A stretch of DNA of 60,232 bases, the filler included, from Sphacelaria rigidula (Eukaryota), in NCBI GenBank assembly GCA_964200075.2. It is 10 parts of 10 records of this genome, joined end to end, with 100 filler letters (N's around TTAATTAATTAA, not from the genome) between each part and the next. Parts side by side here need not be neighbours in the genome. Positions count along the whole stretch, not along the records: positions 12,069 to 18,001 come from CAXNAA020023370.1; positions 18,102 to 24,034 come from CAXNAA020023371.1; positions 24,135 to 30,067 come from CAXNAA020023372.1; 7 more parts are not named here. One strand, given 5' to 3'. A program made the position numbers and the translations under genes. This document shows, piece after piece, positions 12,714-25,663 of this stretch. Below the pieces are notes generated by a model that was given only the letters and a program-made list of their open reading frames with translations, was not told the DNA's origin and made no database searches. Position 1 is the stretch's first letter. Every line of letters begins with the position of its first letter.

Positions 12714-12936
12714 GTGCGCTCGTCATGTACGCGCGAGAGGAGCACGGCTGCGAAATTGATTGAATTTAGATTGCGACGCATGGAATACTATGTCGTAGTG
12801 ACGCCCGCGGGATTACTTGCGGTCGTGCCTTGTGACAGAAAACCTTTCCCCCTCCCGAATTATGATTCACCTCCGTATCTTGGGGGTGCTCATCGGGTTT
12901 AGTATCAAGTATCGATGTAAATCTAGATACATGTCT

Positions 12937-13134
12937 AACAATGTTTTCGTGAGATTCAGAGTAGACGATGCGATTGAGAGTGAAGAGCGGTTAATTAGTC
13001 AACGATTCGTTTCCGTTCCGAAATGCCCCTCCACGAGGTCCAAGATGCTTCCTGTAGTAGCTTGGCACTGAGGCCCTTGATATCCCTGAGTAGAATATGA
13101 ACGTGTAGCTGTAAGCACAGGCCAGTGATGGAGT

Positions 13135-13172
<38 letters not shown>

Positions 13173-13253
13173 TGAATGATTGGGTAAGTTGAAGCGATTA
13201 ATGAAATCCACTCTCGATCAGCACTCTACAGTCAATCTCACGAAAACGTTGTT
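12937..13253. mobile_element. MITE A (TIR AACAACGTTTTCGTGAGATTGA), uninterrupted copy
   Basis: aacaatgttttcgtgagattcagagtaga ... tctacagtcaatctcacgaaaacgttgtt; homologous to 19027-20151. Confidence 0.82.
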
Positions 13254-13524
13254 ATGTATCACAACAGCGTTGTGCCAGACCATCGTATCAGACAACTTGT
13301 GGTGCTACTCATGTAGGAATTTGATAAATGATATTTGTCCTATCTATCCGTGATACATTTATCAGTATATCAAAATTTCACATACCATGTCAAGTCGATT
13401 TTGGAGCCTAATGAGCGTTTCTACGATAGCGCACGGTCTGCCTTGCGTTTTGTGTCATGATTTGCGAGGGTGGGGTTGTCCCAATTAGGGGACATCATAT
13501 CTCATGGTCGACACATTTTTGAAA

Positions 13525-14140
13525 TAGCCCTAACCCCAATCAAGGCATACTGAGAACCCTTGGGCGAGGGGGGTGCATAGGGTACCCTAAGCATGGTTTG
13601 CGTTGGCAGACCTCAAATGGGCGCTGTAGGTGCCGATGTGGATAAGAACGTTTTCTTTGCATGCCAAGAGAGAGCGCACTTGTGGCTGTCATCCCCGCTA
13701 GAGATCTGAATCTCGGTGTTGTATATATCAACCATGGATGACATGGTCCCGAACTGGGGAATATTATTCTGTAATTCGTATTAGTCAGTGTCCGATTTTT
13801 GACTCTTTCTGCATTTTTTTCAGTAGTGTTCACCACTTGGTCGATTAAAACCTTCCCGGAATTTTATTACTTGATTTGAGTGTAAACATTGATATTCGGA
13901 TCTTCAGCGGGGGCTAACAGCCCCAAATGCCCCTCGCGTGCGCAGAACGCGTTTTCGTTGAAATTGCCGTTTGGAGGTTTGCCAACGCCACACTTTGCCT
14001 AGGGAACGCTTCACACCCCCCTCGCTCCAGGGTTCTCGGTATGCCTTGGGTTGTGGTCCGCGTTAGGGTTGGCGTTGTTTGAAAAAGACGTTTCCGAGAA
14101 AAAAGTTCATCGATCAAATGGTGAGTAAACACACGTCTTT
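13525..14140. repeat. Two inverted copies (13525-13720 +, 13885-14140 -) of a dispersed repeat carrying a CCCTAA-like motif; third copy 16740-16975 (+)
   Basis: Shared caaggcatac(c/t)gagaac...gcgagggggg...gcgttggyagacctcaaa...agatc(t/c)ga. Confidence 0.7.
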
Positions 14141-14572
14141 TTTTTTCCAACTGCGAGGGTAGCCTTGGTGTTCGTTCACGGCTTCCTTGACGAGAGAGGG
14201 GTTCGTGGGAATCACAATATCAATCATTCGATGAAGCTTACGTCGGCGAAGGCAGGCTCTTAATTTTTTTCTTTGAATAATGTTGACTTGGAAAAAAAAA
14301 ATCATTGCAATATATATATGGGCCGACAGTACTTTTGGAGAGGAGCGTTTTTTTTGTCAAAAAGGGGTGGGGGAGGGGGGGGAGCCCGTGAGGCTCATTT
14401 TGAATTTTTCACAATGTCATTTCCATTTCAATCTGTTTCGGCGTCAGATGATAGAATAGCCATCATGATCAATCAAGAGCGCCGGGCCACCTGTCATGAA
14501 CTTGTTAGCAAAAAGCCATTTCTTCTCTCCATGTTGCTACGTTGCGTCGCTGTTTCGTGTGCTGCGTTTCAG

Positions 14573-14666
14573 GCGAGTGTTCTTATCCGATGAAAGGATT
14601 TTGGGGAGTTATCATGCTCTGGTTGCGGAAGATGTCGTCAACCTCGCTGAAGTCATGTCTGCTCAG
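14573..14666 (+). CDS. Exon 3 of 3: kinesin-light-chain/NPHP3-type TPR
   Basis: tttcAG|G CGA...GCTCAG|GTgaga; starts in phase 2; RVFLSDERILGSYHALVAEDVVNLAEVMSAQ resembles the 42-aa TPR consensus RALAIDEKALGPDHPDVAxDLNNLAxLLxxQ. Confidence 0.72.
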
Positions 14667-15189
14667 GTGAGAACCAAGAAAAAACTCTCCGAATGAACAC
14701 TATTATTTATGGGTTGATTGCCGTACATTGAGGAATCCCTGAGGGACTCAGGCGTCGTCATTATCCACAATATGAACGGAAAATGAAAATATAATATGAT
14801 GAAAGGGATTAAATAAATGGTTCAAACAATAATTGATGGTGACGGTTGGTCATAAGTATCATAACTATTATAGTTTTCAACCAATGAATTAATCAATTAG
14901 TTGATTGCTTGGGAATGGATGGTTGGATGGTTCGTTGAATTTTATTTTCTGAACAAGGGAAAGACTATATCGCTGAAGAAAACAAGAAATTGGAGAAGAA
15001 AAGTGTAGGGAAAAATCTTGTGTCTTGATACTACATTATGTGCCACAGAACGATACGAGGAAGGAGAAAAAGGGGGGGGGGGAATGAACGAACACGAAAA
15101 ATAAACATAGAAATGGCATGAAAATACAGTATAACTGTAATGAGCTTATTCCGTGGTCGTGTCTTTTTGACATGATCTTTCAAGAGAGG

Positions 15190-15223
<34 letters not shown>

Positions 15224-15569
15224 TCGAGGGTAGAAAATACGACTGACGATCCCAGTCGGTTTGTTCCTTGTTTATGGGAGATGAATGTTTAACCCACATG
15301 AGAGCATGAGAAAAACGAAGGGGTTGGTGTGTTGATCAAGCAGAATACTTTACGGGACCCACGTGACCGTAACGGTAAAGCCCCATGTATCACGTGTATT
15401 TGCGGCATCAGTACTGGGTAGACAGACGTAGCATGCTAGCAGTATCACGGGACCAACGCCACCTTATTGGGAACCCTATGCATCTCCGTGTATTTGGAGC
15501 ATCAGTGTTGGGTAGACAGACGTTACATAGTAGTAGTATAGTACCTCTCATGGAGAGTAGTTTTTCTTT

Positions 15570-16045
15570 TCTTTTCTAGCGTACCACTCTTTGCCAGAAC
15601 TCGAAAGTGCTAGCGTCGGTAGATGTGTGGTGAAACAAACAGATCGTCTTCAAAACACAGTGCCCAAGTTAGCGTTAGTTGGTGGTTTCGGGCGATACGA
15701 GTAGATACCCCGTTCATCAGGAGGATGTTGTTGACCGTGAAACACAGTTTTTTGGATATAGTGCAGTAAGAAGGTAGATTTTATTTTAAATGCCTTTTCA
15801 GTCCTTCACAAGTACGATCGGAACAGGCTCGATCGACGGAAAATACCGAAGAGTCGGAATCTTGGTTGAAAAAGTGATAGAACCCCCGATGACCGGTCAG
15901 TCCGTAAGTCACTCAATATTGGATATAGATGTTTTTTTTCTTGGAATGTGGAGCGGATACTAGTATCTTCAGATTCCTTATGTGATGAGCGGTGGCAAGC
16001 GAAATAATCTAAGAGAATCGCCAGTGTCGAAGAAATCACCAAGTA
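15570..16045. mobile_element. Degenerate inverted copy of MITE B
   Basis: acagatcgtcttcaaaacacagtgcccaagt...gatgaccggtcagtccgtaagtcactc is the reverse complement of the body of 50452-51001. Confidence 0.75.
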
Positions 16046-16319
16046 CCTTCCCTACCTTGAACGCGAGGTACTGTATCACCGGACCCAAGCCACCATATCG
16101 AAGGCTTCATGTATTCCGTGCATTTGGGGTAGATTGCGACAAATTCCAAAGGTGGCTGGAGTAGGATGCGTACCCTCGGTTACACCGGATCTTCAGGGTA
16201 TCTTGGAGAACCCAGTACCCAGGGTATCGATTGCTGGAAAAACTCAGTATTATAGAGTGTCGAGGGTGTCGAGAGTCGGAAATACTCAGTATTCCGGCAT
16301 ACCTAGGGTATCATGTACG

Positions 16320-17276
16320 TGTGCTGTGTGTATCATTCCATTATCTCTGGAGGCCAGTCGACACCTTTCGGTATAGCGGGCGCATCAGCCGGGGTAGCAC
16401 AGGAAGGAGATCAACACACGAGTGTTTTTGTCAAATTTGGTTAATTTTATTCTTTTAGTAGTCCACCTTCCCTCTGCGGTGCTTGCAATTTTCTTTTCTC
16501 ATCGCGAGAAGAGTTCAGGAGATGCTTTTGCCCCCGTCGATCGTGGAGTCAAATGTTGCACACGTCGGACAGCTCATGAGCTACCAAAAACAGCAAATCG
16601 AAGAGGATTTTCAGATCCTTCGTCCAAAAACACACAAGATACGTGTCAGCAGTGTTCGAGAAACCGAAGCGCTGCCTTTGCGATACTCCCCGTGCTCGGT
16701 GTCCAGCGTTGCAGGGAAAAAATATGGGAAAAAGGGAGGTGTGTTTACCACTCGGTCGATGAAAAATAATTCTCGGAAACATTATTTTAAAAATAACGCT
16801 AACCCTGACCCTAACCCCGACCCAAGGCATACCGAGAACGCTGGGGCGAGGGGGGTGTGAAGCGTTCCATGGGCAAAGTGCGGCGTTGGTAGACCTCAAA
16901 ATGGTGCGTTCTGTGCACGCAAGGGGCAGTAGGGGCTGTCAGCATCCCTAAAAGATCCGATTATCGGTGTTTAGACTCGAATCGAGTGATCAAGTTCCGG
17001 GAAGGTTCTAATCGACCAAGTGGCGAACACTACTGGAAAAAGGCGCCAAGTGAGCTAGCTCATGATCTGGATCAGTACACTGATGAGAAGTAATGTTGAG
17101 GTAGCTCATGACCTGTCCCACGTGTGAAATCTTGTGTACCCACGACGTAGCTGCTCTCCACTGTTGGGCGTGATGTGAGAAAAAGTCCCAGACCATGTGA
17201 CTTGACCGAGATTCGAACCCACGCCCCAACCGTCAGATGGTTTCGAGGTTGCCAAGTGAGCCACCGGGGCGACCGG
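16320..17276 (-). mobile_element. tRNA-derived SINE interrupted by a TIR element at 16559-17126
   Basis: Minus-strand head ccggtcgccccggTGGCTCACTTGG...GGTTCGAATCT (Pol III A and B boxes); body colinear with the uninterrupted copy at 54300-54647. Confidence 0.8.
16559..17126. mobile_element. CACACGTCGGAC-TIR non-autonomous DNA transposon with 8-bp TSD
   Basis: cacacgtcggacagctcatgagctac / gtagctcatgacctgtcccacgtgtg; flanks aaatgttg and aaatcttg; empty site gtcgaactttgtgtacc in the SINE copy at ~54502. Confidence 0.82.
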
Positions 17277-18336
17277 TTTTATCTCCAGCCAAAAATACTT
17301 GGTATTGTGTAGCGCCAAGCGTATCGACTGCCCACGATACTCAGTATTCCCGGGTTCCGAAGGTGTAAAACCCCCCCAAAATACCCTACTTGGTACCCTA
17401 CCCTACCCCACGCTGGGGTAGCCTAGATCTTGAGGGCAGAGTGTGAGAGGGAAGAGCAACAATAAGAATCCTGGCGCCGAAAAAAATACTGCGTGAGGGA
17501 CAGGTATACCGGTGAGCTGTGGCGAATAATGCAGCAGTAGAAGGCGTTGTAGTCGCGGTATGGATGATGACAAGAACAAAAAGTACCAACAAGCCACAGT
17601 GAAAACAAATGCCAGTAGCGAAATAACACATGGTGAGTGCAAAATGATTTCGATTTTGTTTTTGCAAAATAAAGGGCGGAAATATTTCACAAGTGTTTTG
17701 AGCAAGTACACATGCGCAGTGAATCGATAATTGTTGAGTGCCCCCATGTACTGCTGTAAAGATAATCGCGAGCTACCTCAAATCATCGTTGATCATGTGG
17801 ACATAGAAAAATAATCAACCACCGCGTCAACCCTTCTATTCTTTTATTCAGACCCCCGAGCAAGATATTAAAACATTCGAGTAATAAAATAATCTTTTTT
17901 TTTGGGGGGGGGGGGGGGGGGGGGGGGGGAAGGGGGGCGAAAAGGAGGAGGCGGGGAGGGGGAGGGTCTGAATTTCGGAGGAAAAAAAAAAAACCAAAAA
18001 ANNNNNNNNNNNNNNNNNNNNNNNNNNNNNNNNNNNNNNNNNNNNTTAATTAATTAANNNNNNNNNNNNNNNNNNNNNNNNNNNNNNNNNNNNNNNNNNN
18101 NTTTTTGAAGATGTGATTTGGAACTCAGCATAAAGACCCAGAGGAAATTCTTATTAAAAAAATTGGAGCCTTCTTCTTTTTTTTTTTGGGGGGGGGGCGT
18201 ACTCGTTTGTTTCTTGCCTTAGTCGTTTGACCATTGACCACCTACCCCTTCCGAGACGCAGCACATATGGGGCTTTTTCTTTTAATTCTCCACGTCCCTT
18301 ACCGTTTCATTTTGTGTTATTTTGCTGTGTTTTCAG

Positions 18337-18399
18337 AGTCTCAGAAAAAGCAATGAGGGCTTCATCTTACAGCGGAGGAGGGAGTTCGATTCCCAGCAG
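18337..18399 (+). CDS. Candidate isolated exon, unknown gene
   Basis: Long pyrimidine tract then ttttcAG|...CAGCAG|GTgcc; 63 bp, SLRKSNEGFILQRRREFDSQQ. No homology recognised. Confidence 0.35.
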
Positions 18400-19026
18400 G
18401 TGCCACTCTACATGAACTTTGTACGGGATCCGCTTGTTCTTGTTTTACTTTGTTTTTTCAGTTGTCTCCGTCTCTTCTATCGTCATATTTCTCCCACTTA
18501 TTCTCAGCAAGCGTTTCCGTCATGACTTGGAGCACCTTGGGCACGTCTCTCGTGCGAATAATGACCACCGCTAGGTCCGTCGGGGACCACTTTATGTGTA
18601 ACAATCAATCAATCAAAACAGTCAAGGTCAATTTCACACGACTAGGTTATTTTTGCAGACAGACACTGGTAACGTTGTGATTTGGTCCACTGACGGCTCG
18701 AAGATGTCTAGGGTGCGCGAGAATCTTTCAGGGGCTGCTGCAGTGCCAACGTAGCTTCAATGATGACTTTTTGCGGACCGACGAATCCACGGTCCACCAC
18801 CGAGTACGCTCTGGATGGGTGTCACACCATCCGGAATGCATTTCTCTACTGTGCCCATACTATCAAAAAAAAAGTCGTCCACACTACAGTCAAGCTTCGC
18901 ATACTAGTGTTTATTCGCATGGACAGCATGCGGAGGAATGTCCATTCCCCTGCTTGACAAACAAGTTCAAACAGGCGTCTGACTTCCATCGAGAATTGAC
19001 GATAATACCAGCAGCACCCCACGAAA

Positions 19027-20151
19027 AACAACGTTTTCGTGGGATTGAGAGTAGAGGATACGTTCGAGAGCGAAAAGCGGTCATCAGTGAATGAGTCGTT
19101 TCAGTTCCGAAATGCCCCTCCACCAGGCACGATATGCCTTCTGTAGTAGGTTGCCACTGAGGCTCTTGATGTCCCCGAGTAGGATATCGACGTGTAGCTG
19201 TGAGCACACGCTAATGATGAAGTCAAACAAAAGCACGCACACGGAATGAAAAAATGGCTACAGTAGTGGGGTCCAACTATTCATTTTGAGCAATGCTACG
19301 GTAGGGGTGCACATTTTTCGCGAAATAATGTCTAGTTCAGGGGCTCCTACCGATTCTAGATGCACAAAAATATGGGTCGGGGCATCCCCATTTGCAAATT
19401 CATTCGGGGTATCCCCAGCACATTGGAGTAGTAGTCCTGGCGTACTTTCACATATTTTCATAGCTCGCGTTTTGCATGAGACAGAGGGCTCCTAACAATT
19501 TTAACCTCAGAAATTATTTGTGCACCCCTACCGTAACATCACTCTTTTGTGGCATTTTGTGATACCTTGGTAATTGGCGATTTTCCTGGGCTCTTTCCGC
19601 TTGCCGCCGCTGATCATATTGGGGATCCGAAGATGGTTGTATCCCCTGCACATTCCAAGAAAAACAAATTGGTCATGCTCAGTATTGAGTGACTTACGGG
19701 CTGACCTGTCATCGCGGGTCCTGCGACGTTTCAGCTCAGATTCTTACTCTTCGGTATCTCCGGTCAATCGAGCATGTCCCGGTCATATTTGTGAAGAAAT
19801 CTACAGTTTGATTTTTTTTTAATTCTACCCACTCATTGCACCAAAGCCGAAACACTGTGTTCCACGGTCAATAACACCCTCCTGGTAAACGGGGTATTTA
19901 CTCGTATCGCCCGATAACACCAACTGACGCTGACTTGGGCACTGTGTTTTGATGACGATCTGTTTATTGTACCGGAATATCTTTAATGTACCGGAATCTA
20001 TCGACGCTAGCAATTTCGAGTTCCAGCGAAGACTTGTACGCGAGGAAAATCCCAAAACATCCCTGAATAGTTAGACCGCCAATAGGTGAAGGCGAATTGC
20101 CGAAGCCACTCTCAATCAACGATCTACTCTCAATCTCACGAAAACGTTGTT
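19027..20151. mobile_element. MITE A copy containing nested MITE B (19261-~20082), which contains a Sola-like MITE (19288-19544)
   Basis: TIR aacaacgttttcgtgggattgagagtaga / tctactctcaatctcacgaaaacgttgtt, flanked by gaaa/gaaa; the two halves rejoin to match 12937-13253. Confidence 0.85.
19288..19544. mobile_element. Sola-like MITE with TTTT TSD; truncated copies at 36035-36100 and 60164-60232
   Basis: gagcaatgctacggtaggggtgcac / gtgcacccctaccgtaacatcactc; the empty site tattcattttgtggc at ~50471 confirms a 4-bp duplication. Confidence 0.88.
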
Positions 20152-23100
20152 GAAAGTCATTCTCGAAGCCCCGAGTCCGCCAATGACATCAGTCACCACA
20201 ACCTCGTCTGCCACTTACTCAAATGGTTTACTTGAAACCCGTAGTACATATTCGTCCGCTTCTGGCCAGTTTACATCGCTCTGTGCTCGCATTGCGCTGT
20301 ATGGGACGACACGGCACACAGCATCCCGTAGGGTAGAGAGATGAACGCGTACTACTTGGCACGGACACAGCACCATCCCAACCGTCTTGCGTACAAGGCT
20401 CTAATAAAAGCGAAGCCTCATCGATTTACTTCTTGTGGGTCTGCTAGAGGTGGTGAGAGCCACCCACACTCACGCGGGCCTGTTATGTATTGCTACCAAC
20501 ATGAACTTACTTCGGCGCACGCCCTGCGACACGTCCGCGAAAATTGGGCACCGCACAAGACACAAAGTTAGTATACGCCACACTGCTAGTTTCACCTCAC
20601 CACAAAAACTTGTTTTCTTGCGAAGATTTTCAAAGCTGCTTTGGTTGAGGTCTTCGTCAACCCCGCATGCTCATCGAGACTGGCGAAGTCACCTCTCATA
20701 CCGTACTCTGCGAATACGACATTGACTGGCACCACCACCGAATTACGCCGACATTCATCATGAATCTTACCTACTGCGGTGCTCTTTCAACAGTTATCCG
20801 CCGTTCGTAGTGACCAACATCGCTTTGTAAACTAGAATATTTGCCATCCATAATAGCGCCGTAAATACCTCAGTTGTCGACCAAAAAGCAAGCTCAAAAA
20901 CTCTGCTGGGACTTTTTACTCCCTTTCAGAATTAAGATGCTTGAAATAAAACCCTGTACACGGTCATCCATGGCGAAAAAGACGGCCCCTCGGAAGACAG
21001 TGGATGACGTCAGCTATCGACCAAGTACTGTCAATCAGTCTTCGAAACCTCCCGCCGCAGTTTTCCCTCCGCCCAAAAATACAAAAGTGCCAGTTGTGCG
21101 TCGCTACTCATGACCTGAGGGTCCCGACACACTCCGGCTACAAGATATCAACTAAACGTTGGAGCTCTTGCCTTCGCCATAAGGTCGCGCTAACGCAAAA
21201 TAAATTCTTGTATCCTATACAGTCCGACCGCAATACGCGCAGCGAAGGGATCCCAGTTTTTTTAAACATCGGACGTTGTGTGCCGACGACATCACAATGA
21301 CACCCGAAGAAATTATTTTTTATCCTCACAACCACACGATCAACTAATGCGACCAGTAACATTTTCTTGCTATATGAATGACAACCACTCCGCGCACACT
21401 AGGTGGAAAGAAAAGAAAAGGCTCAACCTGATACAAAACGAAACCATGCACTCAAAAGTACGAGAGGCGTGCTTTGCTTGTCGGCCATCACCGCAACGCA
21501 CAACGCATTTACCCACTAAATCGAGGACCGCACCGAACACGCGCAGAGAACGCGGCATACACACCTCACTTCACTGCCGTCCAGTACGCTCAACATTTCA
21601 AAGTGTGACACATGGCTTTCCCGATCTGCAGAAAGAATAAAAAAAATCTGAAATCTGCAGGAGAAGATTCAAAACGTTAAACCGACTGGAAAAAAAAGAG
21701 GGACACAAGATAATAGGATGAAATAAATCTCCACGTAACACGTATAAGAACAAGTACTGCATGGTCCTCATTTTTCTACTCAGAAAACACACATGCTTTA
21801 TCACTGCTAACAAATGAGGCAGTATCTACGAAATTCATCAATGTGGAATACGTGGAACTCCCAACTCGCACACCACGAGACACAACATTCTAAAACGAAA
21901 AACGAGAAAAAAAAGAGAAAAAAACAGCAACACAATCAACACAATCAACACGTTTCACACGCAACACGGAAACGCGGTCGTTGATGTCAGACTCCCTCGC
22001 ACCATGAGCACTATCCGATGGGTTCTCACGGAAGGGACCTCACCACCAACAATTCACCACCAACGTAGTCATCGCGCTGAAAACAGCCGACACGATCATA
22101 TCCTGTGTTCCCCACGACTTTTGCGAAGCGGTGTACCTTACCGCAGCACACCCCGGAAAAACACCAATAGGCAATGAAATATTAGGCAAAGTAATCGTTG
22201 CCCGTTGACTTCCCCGCATCTCCGAACACAATATTATCGTCCTTCAGGTTGATCTACCAAGAAAGAAAAACGTCAAAGGGGGAGGAGGGGAGGGGAGGGA
22301 GGGGGGGGGGGAACGATGACGACGACGACGACGACGACGGGAGACGATGGGGGGTGAATAGATAGCTACGCGACATTTTCTTCAGATCGATCAAGGCCGA
22401 CGGAAACACCACCCGCTCTGACTTGCTGCCTAGCAAAGGCGAGGCTATAGGCGAGGCTTCTCCCATAGACCATGGCCCTCAAAAAATCGCCAACACATAT
22501 GTCGCATACCCCACGGCACAAATTCCTTGGGCGAGAAAGCGATCACTGCCCAAAGCGAACCGCGTTAAGCATCAGGGGAATACCTGTTTGGTTTGCTTAG
22601 TTAATAACGATGTACAGCGTGGATGTGAAGCGGAGTAGCTGCGATCACAGAATGCTCAAACGTTCCACAACCGCGGAACTTGACCTGTTACTGCTGACGC
22701 GAACACATGCTGGAAACATCAACCGAGTGTGTGCCGTAGAGTACTGTGGATATCGCCCCAAATGACGAATTAACACCCGTTGTCTCATGCCTCGACCACA
22801 ACGGTGCTAGTGACGCCGAAACTCGTGTCACCAGACATATTTCGTCCCTGTCGAGGTTTCTTCCTGAAGTATTGTTCGTTGACCGGTGTCTCCGTCGACC
22901 CGGTGTAACTTGCTCCATGAGTTTCTTTTCGTGCCCCTTTGTTTTTGTTTCATGCTTCTACTCGAGTTTTGCTAGCGACTGGTCTCCGTCGACTTACTAC
23001 AGGTATCATACATTGACGTCAGCACAGATGAATTCCCGGCGCATCAGTCAGTGTGAGTCATCATCTATACATATGCACGAGGTCTCTTGCTGTAAAATGG

Positions 23101-23924
23101 TGCAGGGTACTTGCTGTTCAGAAACTTAAGCTTGGATAAAACAAATAGACACTATCGCGCGATGTGTTGTTCATCCCCTGAAAGTGACGGCACATACCTT
23201 CCAGTAGTTGAAGAGAAGAAGGATCGACTCCAGAATCTAGATGGGCGAACCCGTAGACATTGAACATCACAGAACGAACACAATGAACACAACGAGGCAG
23301 CAACGAACCGAAAGACATCAGCTTGGCGTTGTGCCCGAGGAATAGTTGATCTCTTGCTGGTCGATGCGACTGGGCGAATACATTCTCTCGTGCTCTTGTG
23401 CTGCCTATTTGAAAGGAGGGGAACGGTTGTTGAGACGTTGATTTTGAGGCTTTCAACCGCAGCCATGATATAAGATTCAACCACAGGTACAGTATTTCTC
23501 GGTTCAAACACGAAAATGCTGTCAAACGAACCAAAATCTGTTCTTTTATTGCCAGCATATCTGTCGCGTTCACCGCGGCAGAAACTCCGTGGACAAGACA
23601 GCCATCTTGCCTAACGCATAACGCCTGAAAGAAAAGAGTCCACAACCATTATAAAAATCTGAAGACCCTGTGGCTGTACCCAACAACAACGAGCACAGAC
23701 GAACACAAGGGGAAACGGGTACTTACTTCTTACGCAAACGCGTGACCAATCGTGGTTCGCATGAGATAGCAAAAAGCCGAGTTCACGACGAGCTACTGCT
23801 ACGGTCCCCTTTATTATAACAAGTATGACAAGCAGAAACGGAACATGGATTCACCTGTTCCCAACTCCGGCCCATGTGCAAATAGGCATTTGATTCCTGC
23901 CAGAGAGAGCACGAAACGCGCGCA

Positions 23925-24034
23925 TGGGAGGGGGGGGGGGTGTACTCATGATCATGCATGCCATAGTCATCAGACCATTGACCTCGCATCGCTACCAAGC
24001 CAGAACGGAGCAAGCCGGGTTCTAGCCGGACCAG
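23925..24034 (-). mobile_element. LINE 3'-tail fragment; related tails at 9931-10000 (-), 47998-48070 (+), 52560-52725 (+, duplicated), 54068-54155 (+)
   Basis: Shared core gctccgt...gggatgcg(a/t)ggtcaatggt...atgagt followed by a C-run. Confidence 0.65.
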
Positions 24035-24134
24035 NNNNNNNNNNNNNNNNNNNNNNNNNNNNNNNNNNNNNNNNNNNNTTAATTAATTAANNNNNNNNNN
24101 NNNNNNNNNNNNNNNNNNNNNNNNNNNNNNNNNN

Positions 24135-25287
24135 CTGACACACTTATGAGCCTCTTTTTTCGTGCAACCAAATACCCCCCTCCCTATCGTAGGATGGCTC
24201 TGAAAAAGCTTTGGCATATCAAAAACATGCCTGCTGCGGATAACGAAGATTTGGGACAGTTTACTTCTGCCCTCATCACATCCACCCGCCGTACCGTTTG
24301 CAATATCCTTCACTTGGCGGATGCAACTGGCGTCCAACGCTTTGAAGATCCCAAATGGGTAGATGGCTGACAGATCCCATTGCATAAGGCATTGCATAGA
24401 TCCATCAGCCGCCGCTCTCCCGACACTGCTGCGTCTTTAACGCAAATCATCGACGGCTTCCTCGCCGAGATGGATCCGAATCATTCCAAGGCAAACATGG
24501 ATCCGATACTGCTTTCTGATTTGGAAAGGCGTCTGATCGGTTGTTACTTCGACAAAACCGACCAAACGAGCGCTATCCAACGACTGACTTTTTTTTCTGT
24601 CGCATCGGATGTCCCTTTCGCGGATTATCTTCGCGAATATAGGCTTTTAGTCTCCGGTACTACGGGCGTCGGACGCCAAAACGGTCCAAGCGACGCAATG
24701 TGTCAGACTTACGTTCGCAGTAGCGTTGCCTCAGCAGTATCCGGCTCTGATGCCGTCGTTGTTTCCGGGTGTCTTGGCGCATCGCGAGGTGTCTTACGTC
24801 TACGTTGATACTATGTGGTCTGCTTTTGTACACCGAGAGGGTAATTTAATGCCCGCCATACGTGACAAACCTTCTCCCGTCTCCTGCTAGACGCAACGTC
24901 TTCAGCAGTCATGCCAACAGTTGCATCAACTGTAGTGTTCAAGGCCACAATGTGCGCGACTGTGACAGTCCATGCATCAATGCCTTTGATCTCATGAACC
25001 CTGAACTGCAGGACAATGAACCCGCGTGGCGCCGATGGCAAAAACGCATGCACGACTATCGCTCATCAAATCGAAATTATCGTAATCATTCGAATCAACG
25101 AGGCAACAAAAGCTTCGATCACGGTCGCCGACAAAACAACAATAATGCAAGCCCTCGCCAGAACGATCATAATTCTCGCGAAAACAAACGATCCGCTGAT
25201 GAAGACCAGCGGACGGGACCGACACAAAACTCGAACCCCAACACCAGGAACCCTGGTACCTTCACTACGGATCGCATAGATCCATGA
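24135..25287 (+). pseudogene. gag: gag with CX2CX4HX4C zinc knuckle
   Basis: CINCSVQGHNVRDC at 24922-24963; capsid-like DVPFADYLREYRLLVS; several disruptions. Confidence 0.75.
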
Positions 25288-25663
25288 CGTGCCGGCGCCG
25301 GCGTTCTATGGTCTTACGCGCCGCCGACAGCACTGGCGAAGATTTTTTCAACACAGCCCGCGGAGCCCGTGACTGAGATTGCTCACCTGACTCACCGGGC
25401 ATTATCCAGGAGCACAACAGACGGTCGTTCAAATCGACCCCCGTCTCCAACCTCCACACACTTTTCAACACAGCCCGCAGAGCCCGCGACTAAGACTGTT
25501 CGCCCGGCTCCCCCGGCACTATGCAGGAGCGCAACTGACGGTCGTTCGTGTCGACCCCCGTCTTCACCCCTCCACACACCGCGTAACAGATGTGTCACCC
25601 CGCGACTCAGACCTACACCCGGCCCTGAACTTGGTCCTTTAGTGCCGAGTATAAAATCGAGGT

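Noticed and set aside
17195..17276. tRNA gene (also 54570-54647 and 47325-47368)
   Set aside because: Only A/B-box-like motifs with no complete cloverleaf; the first two are attached to a repeated SINE body.
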